A DNA stretch of 64,000 nucleotides from Planctomycetota bacterium. GTDB taxonomy: Bacteria; Planctomycetota; UBA8742; UBA2392. The DNA lies in assembly GCA_019186845.1 (NCBI GenBank), contig JABARW010000063.1, positions 26,337-90,336 of the forward strand, given 5' to 3'. The notes beneath the pieces were generated by a model. The model saw only the letters and a list, made by a program, of their open reading frames with translations. It was not told the origin of the DNA and did not search any database. Below are positions 11,114-20,787 of the stretch, piece after piece; position 1 is the first letter of the stretch, and every line of letters starts with the position of its first letter. Position numbers and translations under genes: made by a program.

Positions 11114-11845
11114 ATGCCGACCGTACCCCGTCACATCGCCATCATCATGGATGGAAACGGCCGCTGGGCCCAATCCCGCGGCATGATGCGCATTCGCGGC
11201 CATGAAGCCGGGGTGGACTCCGTTCGCGCCATCACTGAAGAGTGCGCCAGGCTCAAGGTCGGGCAGCTCACCGTCTATGCTTTCTCCGCCGAGAACTGGA
11301 AGCGTCCCCGCCTTGAGATCGAACTGCTGATGCAGTTGCTCAAGCGCTTTCTCGTGGCTGAGCGCGACACGCTGATGAACAACGACGTGCGCCTCACCGC
11401 CATCGGGCGCCTCGACGCCTTGCCCAAGTATGTTCTGCGCGAGTACGAACTCACGCGCAAGCTGACAGAGAACAACAAGGGCACCAACCTTTGCCTGGCT
11501 TTGAACTACGGCGGTCGCAACGAAATTGTGGATGCCATGCAGGCCCTGGCGCGTGAAGTGGCCCAGGGGCGCCTCAAGCCTGAGCAGTTGGACGAGGCCC
11601 TGATCCAGGCACGCCTCTATCAGCCCAACATGCCCGAACCGGACCTTGTCATCCGTACCGGCGGCGAAATGCGCATCTCCAACTTTCTGCTCTGGCAGAT
11701 CAGCTACAGCGAACTCTACGTAACCGAAACGCTCTGGCCGGACTTCCGCGCCGAGCACCTCCATGCGGCCATCACCAACTTCAACGCCCGCGAGCGCCGC
11801 TTCGGCGGCCTGGTGGACCGCCTCAAGCCCGCCAACGCCGGCTAG
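11114..11845 (+). CDS. uppS: Undecaprenyl-diphosphate synthase (cis-prenyltransferase)
   Basis: HIAIIMDGNGRWA near the N-terminus and RTGGEMRISNFLLWQISYSELY near the C-terminus. Confidence 0.92.
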   Translation: MPTVPRHIAIIMDGNGRWAQSRGMMRIRGHEAGVDSVRAITEECARLKVGQLTVYAFSAENWKRPRLEIELLMQLLKRFLVAERDTLMNNDVRLTAIGRLDALPKYVLREYELTRKLTENNKGTNLCLALNYGGRNEIVDAMQALAREVAQGRLKPEQLDEALIQARLYQPNMPEPDLVIRTGGEMRISNFLLWQISYSELYVTETLWPDFRAEHLHAAITNFNARERRFGGLVDRLKPANAG

Positions 11846-11859
11846 GACTTCTCTCGACC

Positions 11860-12459
11860 TCAAATCAGCTGCAACGCGCGCTTGACCAGGTCTTCCGTCG
11901 CCGCACCTTCCTTCAGCGCTTTGAAGGCTTCATCCACGGCCTGCTCGCTCTGGCCGCGCGGATAGCCCAGGGCCAGCAGTGCCAGCACGGCGTCGGCAGC
12001 AGCCCCCGCCCGAGTAGACGCCGCCTTGCGTGGAGCCTCAGCCGACTGCACAAGGCCCGCCACCTTGTCCTTCAGCTCAATGACCAGGCGTTCGGCGCGC
12101 TTGGGCCCGATACCCTTGAGGCGCTTGAGGGTAGCCAGGTCCCCCAAGGCAATGGCATTGATCAGCTCGTCGGGGCTGGCCGCGCACAGCATCTGCAAAG
12201 CCGTGGAGGGCCCTACGCCCTGGACGAGGAGCAGCGCCTCAAACAACTCGCGCTCGCGTTCCGTGGCGAAGCCGTAAAGGCGCTCTTCGCCCTGTTCGGC
12301 GTTGATGGTGTGGTGGAGCAGCAGCCGCGCTTCCTGGCCGGGCTTGAGCTTGCCGCTGGTGGAAAGGGGGACCAGCACGCGATAGCCAATGCCCCCGGCC
12401 TCGACGATGGCCAGACCGGGAAAGGCGGAAATCACGCTGCCGCGGATGTACTCAAACAT
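11860..12459 (-). CDS. ruvA: Holliday junction branch-migration complex subunit RuvA
   Basis: ATG 12459 gives MFEYIRGSV..GIGYRV. Two helix-hairpin-helix motifs (LLLVQGVGPSTAL, LKRLKGIGPKRAERL). Confidence 0.9.
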   Translation of the reverse strand: MFEYIRGSVISAFPGLAIVEAGGIGYRVLVPLSTSGKLKPGQEARLLLHHTINAEQGEERLYGFATERERELFEALLLVQGVGPSTALQMLCAASPDELINAIALGDLATLKRLKGIGPKRAERLVIELKDKVAGLVQSAEAPRKAASTRAGAAADAVLALLALGYPRGQSEQAVDEAFKALKEGAATEDLVKRALQLI

Positions 12460-12590
12460 GGGTCGACTTCCTGCCGGGTTTGGCGCAGAGCCTATCGCCC
12501 GCAGCGCGGCAGGAAACACCCAAATTCGCGGGAACTCGCGGCAAGCCCTTGGCGTTTCATGGGCGAACCCCAGTCTTCCCCGGAGTAGAC

Positions 12591-13604
12591 ATGCGTTTGA
12601 ATCGCTATGCCGCCGTCGGCGCCCTGGTGCTTGCGGCCGGCGCCTTTACCTTACTTGCGATGCAGGGCGGCGTGACCCGCGCCTGCGAACACCCGCCCAG
12701 GGAGTTCAAGTACCCCATCAAGGCCGGCGCCCAGCGCGGCCTGATCATGTTCGCCGGCGGGCGCCAGCACATGGTGATTGCGCCCAGCTACTCAATTGAG
12801 GATGTGCCGGCGGAAAAGATCAAGAACGACGCCATCGAGGGATTCACCAGCCTGGCCTGGGTCATACCCGTGCCTGCGCTGCCGGATACCTACGAAGAGG
12901 CCAGCGCCAAGCTGTTTGCAAGTCTCGAAGAGTTCACCAGGCCCCACGAAGCCGTCGGCAAGAACAGTCAGCGCGACGACAACGACGAGAAGAGCGAGGA
13001 AGAAGGCGCGCAGTTCTTTGAGCCCGTCAAGGCCGGGGCCTACGCCATCCAGCCCATCAAGGCCAGCGGCGACAAGGGCAGCCTGGAGCTGAACACCTGG
13101 CTGGACGAGAACGGCTTTGGGAAGATCAAGGAAGACCTGCTGAAGTATTACAACGAGAACAACTTCTACTGGCTGGCCATCAAGCTTTCCGCGGAAAAGG
13201 GCCTCCCCGTCGAGGGCGCGCTCAAGCCCCTGCACATCGGCATGTTCTGCACCCGGCCGACCTACCCCCTGAAGATCCGGGCGGGCATGGGCGCCTTCGA
13301 CCTCGAACTCTACCTGATCACTCGGGACGAAGTAGACCTCGAAAAGTCCAAGGGCTTTGGCCTGCACACCATCGAACAGGCCGATAGCGCATTCCTCCAG
13401 AGCAATCGCAAGACGACCTTCGACGTCCTGCCTTCGGAGGTGCGTGATCTGGTCAAGAATGTGGCGGAGGACAAGCCCCGCATCGGCCAGTTGCGCCAGG
13501 GCGAGATCTATTGTTACCGCTTCATGGGCAGCGAGCTGGACGCCGGCAAGCTGACCGCTGAGCTGACCTTCGAATTCAAGGCATCCGGGGACAAGCGCAA
13601 GTAG
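12591..13604 (+). CDS. Secreted DUF2330-like protein, paralog 1
   Basis: ATG 12591 gives a signal peptide (MRLNRYAAVGALVLAAGAFTLLA) and a Cys right after it (RACEHP). AQRGLIMF..MVIAPSY..SLAWVIPVPALP pattern as I remember for DUF2330. Family assignment not verified. Confidence 0.55.
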   Translation: MRLNRYAAVGALVLAAGAFTLLAMQGGVTRACEHPPREFKYPIKAGAQRGLIMFAGGRQHMVIAPSYSIEDVPAEKIKNDAIEGFTSLAWVIPVPALPDTYEEASAKLFASLEEFTRPHEAVGKNSQRDDNDEKSEEEGAQFFEPVKAGAYAIQPIKASGDKGSLELNTWLDENGFGKIKEDLLKYYNENNFYWLAIKLSAEKGLPVEGALKPLHIGMFCTRPTYPLKIRAGMGAFDLELYLITRDEVDLEKSKGFGLHTIEQADSAFLQSNRKTTFDVLPSEVRDLVKNVAEDKPRIGQLRQGEIYCYRFMGSELDAGKLTAELTFEFKASGDKRK

Positions 13605-13629
13605 CGCCCCAGATCAAGGAGACATCGAC

Positions 13630-14658
13630 ATGCTGCTGAAGACCCTGAGTTACTCGGCCCTGTGCGCGGGCCTGTTCGTGGGCGGCTTGAGCCTGTTTGC
13701 GCCCGCCACGGAAGCCTGCATCCACCCCGCCAAGACCTTCGAGTATCCCCTGCGCGCAGGCGCCCAGAGGGGCATCATCTTCTTCCACGACGGTCGCGAG
13801 GAACTGATCCTGCGACCCAGTTATCAGGTGGAGGTGGACAAATCCAAGATCCGCGAAGACGGCACCCTGCCCGGCCTGTCCACCCTGGCCTGGATCGTGC
13901 CCCTGCCCAGCCTGCCCGACCGCTACACCGAGGCCGACGACAGCCTGGTCACCGACCTTCAGAAGTTCGCCGCCGTCGAAACCGAACGACAGTGGCGCGG
14001 CGGTGCCGCCAAGGGGGCGGACCGCAAAAACCCCAGCCCGGCTGAGGATGGGGCCGAATTCCACGAGGAGGTCAAGGTGGGCAACTACACGATTCAGCCC
14101 ATCAAGGCCAGCGGTGAAAAGGGCGGCATTGAACTGAACGCCTGGCTCGACGAAAACGGCTTTGGCAAGGTCGCTGATGCGACGCTGAAGCACTACCTCG
14201 ACAAGGGCTACTACTGGCTGGCTGTCAAGCTGCACAAGAGCGAGGGCCTGCCCGCCAACGGCACCGTCAAGCCCCTGCAGATCAGCTTCGCTACAGACAA
14301 GCCTGTCTATCCGCTCAAGATAAACGCCGGCCGGGGCACCATTGACCTGGAGATGTGGCTGTTCATCAAGCAGAAGCTGGACGTCAAGTGCCTGGACGCC
14401 TACGGCCTCTGGCTGGCCGAAACTGAGCCCACCATGGGCGACGGCGCCGTCCAGAAGAACCGCGAAACCGCCTTTGACAAGCTGCCGGAGAGCGCAAGAA
14501 AGGCTCTGGAGGGCGCCATGGAACAGCAGAAGTCCCTCAGACCCCTCAAGGAAGGCCCGCTCTACTGCTACCGCGTCTTCGGACAGAATCTGGATCAAGG
14601 GGGCAAGCTCTCCAAACTTGACAAGGATCTTGAGTTCCGCTTCGAAGCAGCCAAGTAA
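13630..14658 (+). CDS. Secreted DUF2330-like protein, paralog 2
   Basis: AGGAG RBS before ATG 13630. Signal peptide, then EACIHP..AQRGIIFF..LILRPSY..TLAWIVPLPSLP. Colinear with the upstream gene at roughly 40% identity by eye. Confidence 0.55.
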   Translation: MLLKTLSYSALCAGLFVGGLSLFAPATEACIHPAKTFEYPLRAGAQRGIIFFHDGREELILRPSYQVEVDKSKIREDGTLPGLSTLAWIVPLPSLPDRYTEADDSLVTDLQKFAAVETERQWRGGAAKGADRKNPSPAEDGAEFHEEVKVGNYTIQPIKASGEKGGIELNAWLDENGFGKVADATLKHYLDKGYYWLAVKLHKSEGLPANGTVKPLQISFATDKPVYPLKINAGRGTIDLEMWLFIKQKLDVKCLDAYGLWLAETEPTMGDGAVQKNRETAFDKLPESARKALEGAMEQQKSLRPLKEGPLYCYRVFGQNLDQGGKLSKLDKDLEFRFEAAK

Positions 14659-14664
14659 CCTTCA

Positions 14665-14688
14665 AGGGGGCCCGGCAACGGGCCCCCT
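14665..14688 (+). terminator. GC-rich hairpin after DUF2330-like gene 2 (weak terminator candidate)
   Basis: AGGGGGCCCG-GCAA-CGGGCCCCCT, a 10-bp stem with a GNRA loop, 7 nt after the stop. No clear T-run. Confidence 0.35.
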
Positions 14689-14758
14689 GGGCTTGCCTTG
14701 CCCCATGCTGGCAAGGCGTGGCTGCGTTGCTACCATTCGCGCCCGACGCGTTGGGAGT

Positions 14759-14835
<77 letters not shown>

Positions 14836-14963
14836 ACGGGTCCCGATGGTGAACGCGGCAAACGCAGCGATGCCTGTTCGGCCCTTTGGGCCGGCCGCTG
14901 CGCTTACGCGCGGCTTGTGTGCCGCGCTGCTCCGCTTCGCCAACGCGCCACTGGCGCGTTGGC

Positions 14964-15004
14964 GGGTTCGAGTCCCAGCCGACCTACCAACGGGTCCTGA
15001 TGGT
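14964..15004 (+). repeat. Direct repeat of the tRNA-Lys 3' end plus 15 nt of flank (copy 2 of 14810-14850)
   Basis: GGGTTCGAGTCCCAGCCGACCTACCAACGGGTCC[C/T]GATGGT occurs at 14810-14850 and 14964-15004 (40/41 identical). Copy 2 lacks D and anticodon arms. Confidence 0.85.
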
Positions 15005-15078
15005 AGACGCCAAGAAGCGTGGCAACGCCTGTTCGTCCCTTCAGGCCGGTCGCTATATTGGAAATTCAGGAGCCTCTC

Positions 15079-15198
15079 ATGCTTGCAGCTCTCGACCACA
15101 ACGACATCATGGGCCTCATCACCTTTGCGGCCTCCGCTTCTCTCTGGGCCTTTGTCATCGGCCTGGCGCTCTGGTCCCAGTTCGCGCAGGAGCATTGA
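15079..15198 (+). CDS. Possible 39-aa small membrane protein
   Basis: AGGAG 7 nt upstream of ATG 15079. MLAALDHNDIMGLITFAASASLWAFVIGLALWSQFAQEH with one hydrophobic helix. Below the ORF-track size cutoff. No homology evidence. Confidence 0.25.
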   Translation: MLAALDHNDIMGLITFAASASLWAFVIGLALWSQFAQEH

Positions 15199-15287
15199 CC
15201 TCTTGGGCCGCGCAGGCCCGCCGGCGCTCTGCGCAGCCCCCGTGGATGCCCCAAGCGCCGCACAGGCCCCGGACCGGGCATTGAGCC

Positions 15288-17069
15288 ATGGCTGAAGAAC
15301 GCATCGAACCTGCCTCCCGCCGGCAGAACTCCGCCTCCACGACGCTGGCCATTCACTACACGGTGCGCATGCCGCACCCGGCCAGCCACAATTTCGAGGT
15401 GGAGATCGCGGTCAGCGGCGCGCCGGGTGAGGTGACTCTGGCGTTGCCCGCCTGGACTCCCGGCAGCTACAAGATCCGCGACTTTGCCAAGAACGTATCT
15501 AGTTTCCGCGCGCTAGATTCCCGCGGCGCCCTTGAAGTACGCCAGCTTGACAAGCAGCGCTGGCGCATCGCCCCGGGTCATCAGGGCCGCTTCAAGGCCA
15601 GCTTCACGCTCTACGCTGACGAGTTTTCCGTCCGCACCCCGCACCTCGATGACATGCACGGGTTCTTCCTCGGAACGAACCTGCTGCCCTACATCGAACG
15701 CGAAACGGGCTTTCCGGCCGCGGCCAGGCACAGCGTCACCGTGGTGCCGCCCCGGGGCTGGAAGGTGGCCACCGGGCTCAAACCCGTGAAGGGTAAGGCC
15801 TTCACCTATCTCGCCGAGGACTACGACATCCTGGGCGACTCCATCTTTGAGATCGGCACCCACGAACTGCACAGCTTCAAGGCCTTTGGCGTGCGCCACG
15901 ACGTCGCCATCGTGGGCTGGGGCAACTACAACGCCCGCCAGATGGTGGCTGACATCAAGAAACTCTGCGAGACCGAGCCCCGGCTGTTTGGCGGCGTCCC
16001 GTACGACTACTACCTTTTTGTGATTCACTGTTTCCCCGATGCCGGGGGCGGGCTGGAGCACCTCAACTCCTGCGTCTGCGGCTGGCCCAGCTTCAAATTC
16101 AAACCTCGCGAGGAATACGACAACTTCCTGCGCCTGGTAGCTCACGAGTACTTTCATGTCTGGAACGTCAAGCGCATCCGGCCCGCCATCCTGGGCCCCT
16201 TTGACTATTCGCGCGAGCAGCACACCCGCGCGCTGTGGGTCATGGAAGGGCTGACGCAGTACTACGAGAAACTCTGGTGCGCTCGCGCCGGCCTGCTGGG
16301 CGACGAAGCCCTGCTCAACAGCTACGCCGAGAACATCGACCGTGAAGACAACCGCCCGGGCCGCAAAGTCATGTCCCTGGAGGAGTCGAGCTGGCTGGCC
16401 TGGACCAAGCTTTATCAGGCCGACGAAAACTTCATCAACAGCGGCGTGAGCTACTACTCCCGGGGCTCCCAGGTGGGCTTTGTGCTTGATGCGCACCTGC
16501 GCGCCCTGACGGAGGGCGAAGGATCCCTCGATGATGTCATGAAGGCCGCCATGGACCGCTATGGCTGGCCCAAGCCCGGCTTTGCCGAGGGCGAGTTCGA
16601 GAAACTCTGCGCCGAGGTGGCGGGCCAATCCCTGGACGACTTCTTCGACGCCCACGTGCGCGGTACCTCTGAACTCGATTACCGCGAGGCCCTGCAGGTC
16701 TACGGTCTGGAGTTCAAGCACGACAAAGACGGGCACACACCCTGGCTTGGCCTGACCCACGGCACCAAAGACGGCGCCTTTCAGGTGCGGACTGTGGAGG
16801 CGGGCAGCCCCGCCATGGCCGCGGGCCTGCAGGTCCGCGATGAATTGCTGGCCCTCAACGGACATAAGGTCACCGCCAAGGACTTTGACGACCGTCTCAA
16901 GGACTGCCGCAAGGGCGACAAGATCAGCCTGGCCCTGTTCAGGCGCGGCAGGCTCGTCGAGGCACACCTGACCGTGGCTGAACGGCCCGCGGGCAAGCTC
17001 AAGCTGGTCCGGGTGGCCAAGCCCACGGCGCTTCAAGACAAGAACTTCCGTCGCTGGTTGTGGAAGTAA
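15288..17069 (+). CDS. M61-family (glycyl) aminopeptidase with C-terminal PDZ domain
   Basis: Zn motif in LVAHEYFHVWNVKRIRP, downstream WVMEGLTQYY, and a PDZ-like GAFQVRTVEAGSPAMAAGLQVRDELLALNG. Confidence 0.85.
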   Translation: MAEERIEPASRRQNSASTTLAIHYTVRMPHPASHNFEVEIAVSGAPGEVTLALPAWTPGSYKIRDFAKNVSSFRALDSRGALEVRQLDKQRWRIAPGHQGRFKASFTLYADEFSVRTPHLDDMHGFFLGTNLLPYIERETGFPAAARHSVTVVPPRGWKVATGLKPVKGKAFTYLAEDYDILGDSIFEIGTHELHSFKAFGVRHDVAIVGWGNYNARQMVADIKKLCETEPRLFGGVPYDYYLFVIHCFPDAGGGLEHLNSCVCGWPSFKFKPREEYDNFLRLVAHEYFHVWNVKRIRPAILGPFDYSREQHTRALWVMEGLTQYYEKLWCARAGLLGDEALLNSYAENIDREDNRPGRKVMSLEESSWLAWTKLYQADENFINSGVSYYSRGSQVGFVLDAHLRALTEGEGSLDDVMKAAMDRYGWPKPGFAEGEFEKLCAEVAGQSLDDFFDAHVRGTSELDYREALQVYGLEFKHDKDGHTPWLGLTHGTKDGAFQVRTVEAGSPAMAAGLQVRDELLALNGHKVTAKDFDDRLKDCRKGDKISLALFRRGRLVEAHLTVAERPAGKLKLVRVAKPTALQDKNFRRWLWK

Positions 17070-17102
17070 CCGGCGTCGAGGCCTTCCCCAAGCGGTGAAC
17101 CC

Positions 17103-17531
17103 ATGACCAGGAAACCCGTCCGACTGCCCAGCGCCGAACAGATCAAGGGCTATCGCCGGCGACAGCGTGTGGCCCTGCAACAGCAGGACATCACGGACGA
17201 AATGCGCAGCGCCAGCTTCTGGCGGGGTGCCCGGGGGCGCGACGAGGTACTGGCCCGCCACGTGCAACGGATCTCCCACAATGTCAGCCAGGCCCTGCGC
17301 AAGAGGCCGGGGGAATCGGCCGAGCTGGAAGAGGCCCTGACCATGCTTTCGGACCAGCTGGCCTCCCAGGCGCTGCTGATTCAGACCCTGCTTTGCTACC
17401 TCGAGGACACCCCGGACTTCGACCAGGCCAAGTTCCGCGAGATCATGCTCAACCTGGACGCGGCCGACGGCGAGGTGGATGGCAGGCTCGGCGGACGCAA
17501 GGCGGCTTCGCGGCGCCCAAATCGCCCTTGA
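17103..17531 (+). CDS. Hypothetical protein (142 aa)
   Basis: ATG-started ORF 34 nt after the M61 gene. Codon bias looks native. No motif recognised. Confidence 0.4.
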   Translation: MTRKPVRLPSAEQIKGYRRRQRVALQQQDITDEMRSASFWRGARGRDEVLARHVQRISHNVSQALRKRPGESAELEEALTMLSDQLASQALLIQTLLCYLEDTPDFDQAKFREIMLNLDAADGEVDGRLGGRKAASRRPNRP

Positions 17532-17624
17532 CGCCGCCGCCAAGTGGGCTAACCTTCACATTCCCTCTGAAGAACCCCTATGGCTGCCGCGCTTGACCGC
17601 GGTCCATACGTTGCGGGGAAACAT

Positions 17625-17837
17625 ATGCGCAAGCTGTTGCTCCTGGCCATCATCGCGATCGGTACGTCGTTCACCACGGGCTGCTTCTCGTTCGTGGACT
17701 GGCAGCACAACCTCAACCACCTGCGTGCGTGGAACGAGGACCTCGATCGTATGCATCGCACGATTGACCGGTACATCTTCAACTACGACTACGACGACCC
17801 GAGCCGCGACATCCGTTACGAGTCGCCCAACACTTAG
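17625..17837 (+). CDS. Small putative lipoprotein (70 aa)
   Basis: ATG 17625 gives MRKLLLLAIIAIGTSFTTGCFSF, a signal peptide with Cys. The rest is polar and Asp/Tyr-rich. Confidence 0.4.
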   Translation: MRKLLLLAIIAIGTSFTTGCFSFVDWQHNLNHLRAWNEDLDRMHRTIDRYIFNYDYDDPSRDIRYESPNT

Positions 17838-17933
17838 GCTTGGTCTCTATGCCGCTTCGCGACGCCTCAGGCGTCGCGTAAGTGTTTGGAGAGGCCCCCA
17901 CCGGCACGGCCCCCTTTCTCCCTGAGGTTCACC

Positions 17934-18368
17934 ATGAACATCGCCGTCAAACGCCTGCCCAGCGCCGAAGGCTTGCCCCTGCCCGCCTACGCCACGGAAA
18001 TGGCGGCCGGCGCCGACGTTTGCGCCGCCGAAGAACACAACTTGGCCCCCGGCGCCTGGGTGGCCGTGGGTACGGGGCTGGCCTTTGAAATACCCGCCGG
18101 GCTGGAAATCCAGGTCCGGCCTCGCTCGGGCCTGGCCGCGCGCCAGGGCGTGACGGTGCTCAACGCCCCCGGCACCATTGACGCCGACTATCGCGGCGAA
18201 CTGCGCGTCCTGCTCATCAATCATGGGCGCGAGCCCTTCATCATCACGCGCGGCATGCGTATTGCGCAGATAGTCGTGGCCCCGGTGGCTCGCGCCGCAT
18301 TCAGCGAAACCCAGCGCCTGAGTGAAACAGCGCGCGGCGAGGGCGGTTTTGGCTCCACGGGGCGCTGA
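17934..18368 (+). CDS. dut: dUTP diphosphatase
   Basis: ATG 17934. AGADV.., [24 protein letters not shown] and a C-terminal [10 protein letters not shown] motif. Confidence 0.9.
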   Translation: MNIAVKRLPSAEGLPLPAYATEMAAGADVCAAEEHNLAPGAWVAVGTGLAFEIPAGLEIQVRPRSGLAARQGVTVLNAPGTIDADYRGELRVLLINHGREPFIITRGMRIAQIVVAPVARAAFSETQRLSETARGEGGFGSTGR

Positions 18369-18387
18369 AGGTGTTGCGCGAAAGTTG

Positions 18388-18419
18388 CGGGGGCCGCTGG
18401 CGCGTCGGCCCCGTTTTTT
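18388..18419 (+). terminator. Rho-independent terminator after dut
   Basis: CGGGGGCCG..CGGCCCCG stem followed by TTTTTT (18414-18419). Confidence 0.6.
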
Positions 18420-18504
18420 CGTATTGTGCGGTTGCGCCGCGAAGGGCCGCACGGTCTTTGAGCCGTGAAAGGCGCAATTCATCCAACCAACAACAGGAGT
18501 CCGT

Positions 18505-19113
18505 ATGAGGTGGCTCAGGACATGGGGGTGGCAGGCGGCCGCACTGCTGCTGCTGGCGGCGCTGGCGCTGTCTTTCGCGTCAACACCCGCCGAGGGTAAA
18601 GAAGTCTACTGCGCCCAGCAGGAAGGCGGCGCCGATGCGGTGCTGACTGACAAGGCCACGCCCTTCGGCAAGCTGGTCAAGCGCCTGAAGCTGAATGACG
18701 TGCTTGAGGTGCTGGACGAATCGAGCAGCAAGACGCACATCCGGGTACGCTCGGGCGGCGTCGAGGGCTGGGTCAAGCGCTCGGCCATTTCAACCGCGCG
18801 CACGGAACAGGGGGGCGATTCGGTGTCTTCGGGCACAGATTCCTCCAAGGCCGGCGCCGCAGCCAAAGGCCTGAACAAGGAAATCGAGAATGAAGTCTCG
18901 GCCAGCGACCCCAAGTACCGCGAGGCCATGGGCAAGGTGGACACCCTGGAAATCGCCGTCCATGAACAGATTGGCGGCGGCAACCAGGTGATTGTGACGC
19001 GCAAGACCGCCAAGGGCGACGAAACCGAGAACGTGCCCAAGGACAGCGAGAAGATGCGCAATTCGTACAGCGGTTTTGGCACTGAAGGCGGACTTCTCAA
19101 ACTCAACCCCTAA
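18505..19113 (+). CDS. Secreted protein with SH3b-like domain
   Basis: AGGAG RBS and a signal peptide (AAALLLLAALALSFAS). GKLVKRLKLNDVLEVLDESSSKTHIRVRSGGVEGWVKRSAI resembles a bacterial SH3 domain. Confidence 0.5.
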   Translation: MRWLRTWGWQAAALLLLAALALSFASTPAEGKEVYCAQQEGGADAVLTDKATPFGKLVKRLKLNDVLEVLDESSSKTHIRVRSGGVEGWVKRSAISTARTEQGGDSVSSGTDSSKAGAAAKGLNKEIENEVSASDPKYREAMGKVDTLEIAVHEQIGGGNQVIVTRKTAKGDETENVPKDSEKMRNSYSGFGTEGGLLKLNP

Positions 19114-19122
19114 GAGGCGAAC

Positions 19123-20133
19123 ATGAAAACGAACAAGCGGATGATTGCGCTGGTGCTCGCCCTTTCGGCGCTGAGCCTGACTTCGTGCGCGGCCATGCAG
19201 GCTCTGGCGCGGGGCGACGTGGGCGGAGCCATAGTCGAGGCGGGCAAGACGGTGGGCGAGATCGCGGCGGCCGCCATTGAGGACTGCGCCAACGGCAAGG
19301 TTTCCCAGGAATACACAGCGGAGCAGGAGTATTACATCGGGCGGGGCGTTTCAGGCGCCATCATGGTGCGCTATCCCGCCACGGAAGCGAACAGCGACCC
19401 TCGTCGGCGCCAGCTTGCCTACCTGAACCAGATGGCCGGCTACATCGAGGCCATGAGTTACGGCGTTGACCGCAAGAATCTCGGCGGCTATGTGGACCGC
19501 AGCGAGGAGGAGTGGGAGCGCCAGAGCCGCTTTGCCCTGTACAAGGGCGTGCGCGTGGGCCTGCTGGAAAGCAAGGAAGTCATGGCCTATGCCACTCCCG
19601 GCGGCTTCATCTGGATTTCGCAGGGTGCTGTCAACATGTGCCAGAACGAGGATGAACTGGCCGCCATCATCGCCCACGAAATGGGCCATATCGTGATGAA
19701 CCACGGCATGGACGCCTACCGCAAGGCGACCGAAGGCAAAATCACGGACAGCAAGGCGTTCCAGGCCTTCTCCAAGGAGATGGGCCCCGTGGTCGGGAAC
19801 TTCGCCGAGATGGTAGGCGGCTTTGCCGACAATCTGATCGAGAGCGGCTACAACAAGGACCAGGAATACGAGGCCGACAATTTCGGCACCAGGGCCCTGG
19901 CCGCGGCGGGCTATGACCCCAACGCCATGTCGCGCATGCTGGAGCGGGTGGAGGCCTACGAGAAGTCGCACAAGGACAACGACAAGTTCCTCAGCAACCA
20001 TCCCAACCCGGAAAGCCGCATCGAGAAGGTCAAAGACCTGATCAAGAACCCCAAGAATAACCTGAAGGCGCCGGCCGGCGATCCCGGCCGCACCACGCGC
20101 GAGAAGCGCTTCAAGGAAGTCTGGGGCCGGTAG
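19123..20133 (+). CDS. M48-family zinc metalloprotease, lipoprotein
   Basis: Lipobox LSLTSC. HEXXH in AIIAHEMGHIVMNHG. Downstream EYEADNFG. Lies 9 nt after the SH3b-like gene. Confidence 0.8.
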   Translation: MKTNKRMIALVLALSALSLTSCAAMQALARGDVGGAIVEAGKTVGEIAAAAIEDCANGKVSQEYTAEQEYYIGRGVSGAIMVRYPATEANSDPRRRQLAYLNQMAGYIEAMSYGVDRKNLGGYVDRSEEEWERQSRFALYKGVRVGLLESKEVMAYATPGGFIWISQGAVNMCQNEDELAAIIAHEMGHIVMNHGMDAYRKATEGKITDSKAFQAFSKEMGPVVGNFAEMVGGFADNLIESGYNKDQEYEADNFGTRALAAAGYDPNAMSRMLERVEAYEKSHKDNDKFLSNHPNPESRIEKVKDLIKNPKNNLKAPAGDPGRTTREKRFKEVWGR

Positions 20134-20144
20134 CACGTGCCGAA

Positions 20145-20179
20145 ACAAAAAACACCCGGCCCTCAGGCCGGGTGTTTTC
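20145..20179. terminator. Bidirectional rho-independent terminator between convergent M48 and trxA genes
   Basis: AAAAAACACCCGGCC-CTCA-GGCCGGGTGTTTT. 10-bp stem flanked by an A-run and a T-run. Confidence 0.6.
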
Positions 20180-20191
20180 ATGGGTTCAGCT

Positions 20192-20521
20192 TCAGGAAGC
20201 CAGCTTGCTCAGGCGCTGGCGCAGGGTGCCTTCGGGCAGCAGGCCCGGGTGCTGGTCTACGACTTTGCCGTCCTTGAAGAAAACCAGTGTGGGCACTGCC
20301 ATGACGCCGAACATGCCGGCGAGGTCCGGGTTTTCGTCGATGTCCACCTTGCCGATGGCGACCTTGCCCTTGAACTCCGTGGCCAGCTTGTCCACGATCG
20401 GCGAGAGCACCTGGCAGGGGCCGCACCAGGTCGCGCTGAAGTCGATCACGGCCGCCTTGGATTTCTTGAAGCTCTCAAAATTGTCATTCGTAACGTGTAC
20501 CACGTCGGCCGAAGCTGCCAT
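20192..20521 (-). CDS. trxA: Thioredoxin
   Basis: WCGPC active site. ATG at 20521 (MAASADVVHVTNDNF..) is preceded by GGGAGA and gives a typical 109-aa Trx. The track start at 20548 is less likely. Confidence 0.9.
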   Translation of the reverse strand: MAASADVVHVTNDNFESFKKSKAAVIDFSATWCGPCQVLSPIVDKLATEFKGKVAIGKVDIDENPDLAGMFGVMAVPTLVFFKDGKVVDQHPGLLPEGTLRQRLSKLAS

Positions 20522-20787
20522 GTCAGTCTCCCATTTCAGGCCGTCCATTCGGCCTCATCCCAAGAACGGCGCGAGCTTAAGAAATATTCCTTGGGCAAAA
20601 AGGGGCAAGCGCTGCGCATTGATTCCCACCGGGGTTGTTGCGATACTCAACCCTCCGATGGCGCCCCTTCCTTTCGCTGCGGGAAAGTCCCGTCGGATGT
20701 TGCGTAACCATAGGTCTGCGCGCGCCACAAGGCGTGTGCCGACAAGCCCCTGTGTGCTGTGCCGGGCACTGACCGGCAATCGGGAAC

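Noticed and set aside
14939-14988. Second tRNA gene or tRNA-like minihelix downstream of tRNA-Lys
   Set aside because: Only the T-loop/acceptor 3' half is present. The T-stem pairing is broken (GCGGG vs CCCAG), and there is no matching acceptor 5' strand, D arm or anticodon arm. It is treated as a repeat, not an RNA gene.
15513-17543. 676-aa minus-strand ORF
   Set aside because: It is antisense to the M61 peptidase, which has clear HEXXH and PDZ motifs. The product is Ala/Gly/Arg/Val-rich low complexity, typical of high-GC shadow frames.
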